A stretch of DNA of 64,000 nucleotides from SAR86 cluster bacterium (GTDB lineage: Bacteria; Pseudomonadota; Gammaproteobacteria; Magnimaribacterales; TMED112). The stretch covers positions 691,208 through 755,207 of the forward strand of contig CP097967.1 of NCBI GenBank assembly GCA_023703535.1. Reading direction: 5' to 3'. Below the pieces are notes generated by a model. It was not told the DNA's origin. It searched no databases and worked only from the letters and a program-made list of their open reading frames with translations. Shown piece after piece: positions 63,749 to 64,000 of the stretch. The position numbers and the translations under genes are program-made. Every line of letters begins with the position of its first letter. Positions within the stretch are counted from its first letter, which is position 1.

Positions 63749-64000
63749 ATTTCTTTATTTATTAATTTTTTCCACAACCTTATTAGGGCAAGAAATTAAT
63801 AAAGAAACTTTATCTCAACTAGAAGAGATGATAATGAGTGATCCTGCAACTCAAGCTCTTATTGTTTCTCATAAAGGCGAAATAGTTCTGGAAAGCTATG
63901 GAGAAGAAGATTCAAGGGAAGATTTTGTTACCTCCCAATCAATTGCAAAGGCATTCTATGCATCTTTGTTTGGTGTGGCAATTAAAAAGGGGTTAATTGA
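63735..64000 (+). CDS. second beta-lactamase-family serine hydrolase (5' partial, continues past the window)
   Basis: Hand translation from ATG 63735: MLKNKFLYLLIFSTTLLGQE..VTSQSIAKAFYASLFGVAIKKGLI (signal peptide plus SxxK). Overlaps the upstream paralog by 14 nt. Confidence 0.72.
   Translation, partial: MLKNKFLYLLIFSTTLLGQEINKETLSQLEEMIMSDPATQALIVSHKGEIVLESYGEEDSREDFVTSQSIAKAFYASLFGVAIKKGLI

Noticed and set aside
1-64000. Search by eye for CRISPR arrays, IS/transposase, integrase, phage, toxin-antitoxin or known defence genes, including near the two tRNAs as potential island integration sites.
   Set aside because: None found. The only direct repeat of note is the 2 x 37-bp putA leader duplication. 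Genes flanking both tRNAs are ordinary metabolic genes, with no direct repeat of the tRNA 3' end.

Overview
This is a visibly AT-rich, very gene-dense bacterial chromosomal segment of about 70 genes. Most same-strand neighbours overlap by 1-17 nt, and 8 of 9 convergent gene pairs overlap at their stop codons. Content and synteny (ccmABCDEFGH, smc-zipA-ligA, dnaX-recR, putA, dsbD) suggest a streamlined marine-type Gammaproteobacterium; that assignment is inference only. I found no CRISPR array, transposase, integrase, phage gene or recognisable defence system, so the window looks like core and metabolic-accessory chromosome. Housekeeping content: dcd, recR, dnaX, recX, birA, ligA, zipA, smc, the ccm operon, tRNA-Val(GAC) and tRNA-Leu(UAG). 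Redox and periplasmic content: ibpA, dsbD and a redoxin. Catabolic modules: an Atu/Liu-like biotin carboxylase cluster, putA, a fused indolepyruvate:ferredoxin oxidoreductase, an alkyl sulfatase, a DhlA-like haloalkane dehalogenase operon and a GH3 glycosidase. Points worth follow-up: (1) an smc gene of only 734 codons with no recognisable hinge domain; (2) a translationally coupled alternative oxidase + pseudoazurin pair; (3) a GMC oxidoreductase sandwiched between two paralogous TIGR02206/TMEM164-like membrane proteins; (4) an E. coli-style A AAA AAG -1 frameshift cassette in dnaX; (5) two conserved genes (birA and an MFS transporter) with no ATG/GTG/TTG start; (6) a GH3 gene broken by one in-frame TAA; (7) a perfect 37-bp tandem duplication abutting the putA start codon; (8) a LysR-linked five-gene operon built around the haloalkane dehalogenase. 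All family assignments come from motif recognition by eye and no searches were run. Hand-derived coordinates for non-CDS features may be off by 1-2 nt.
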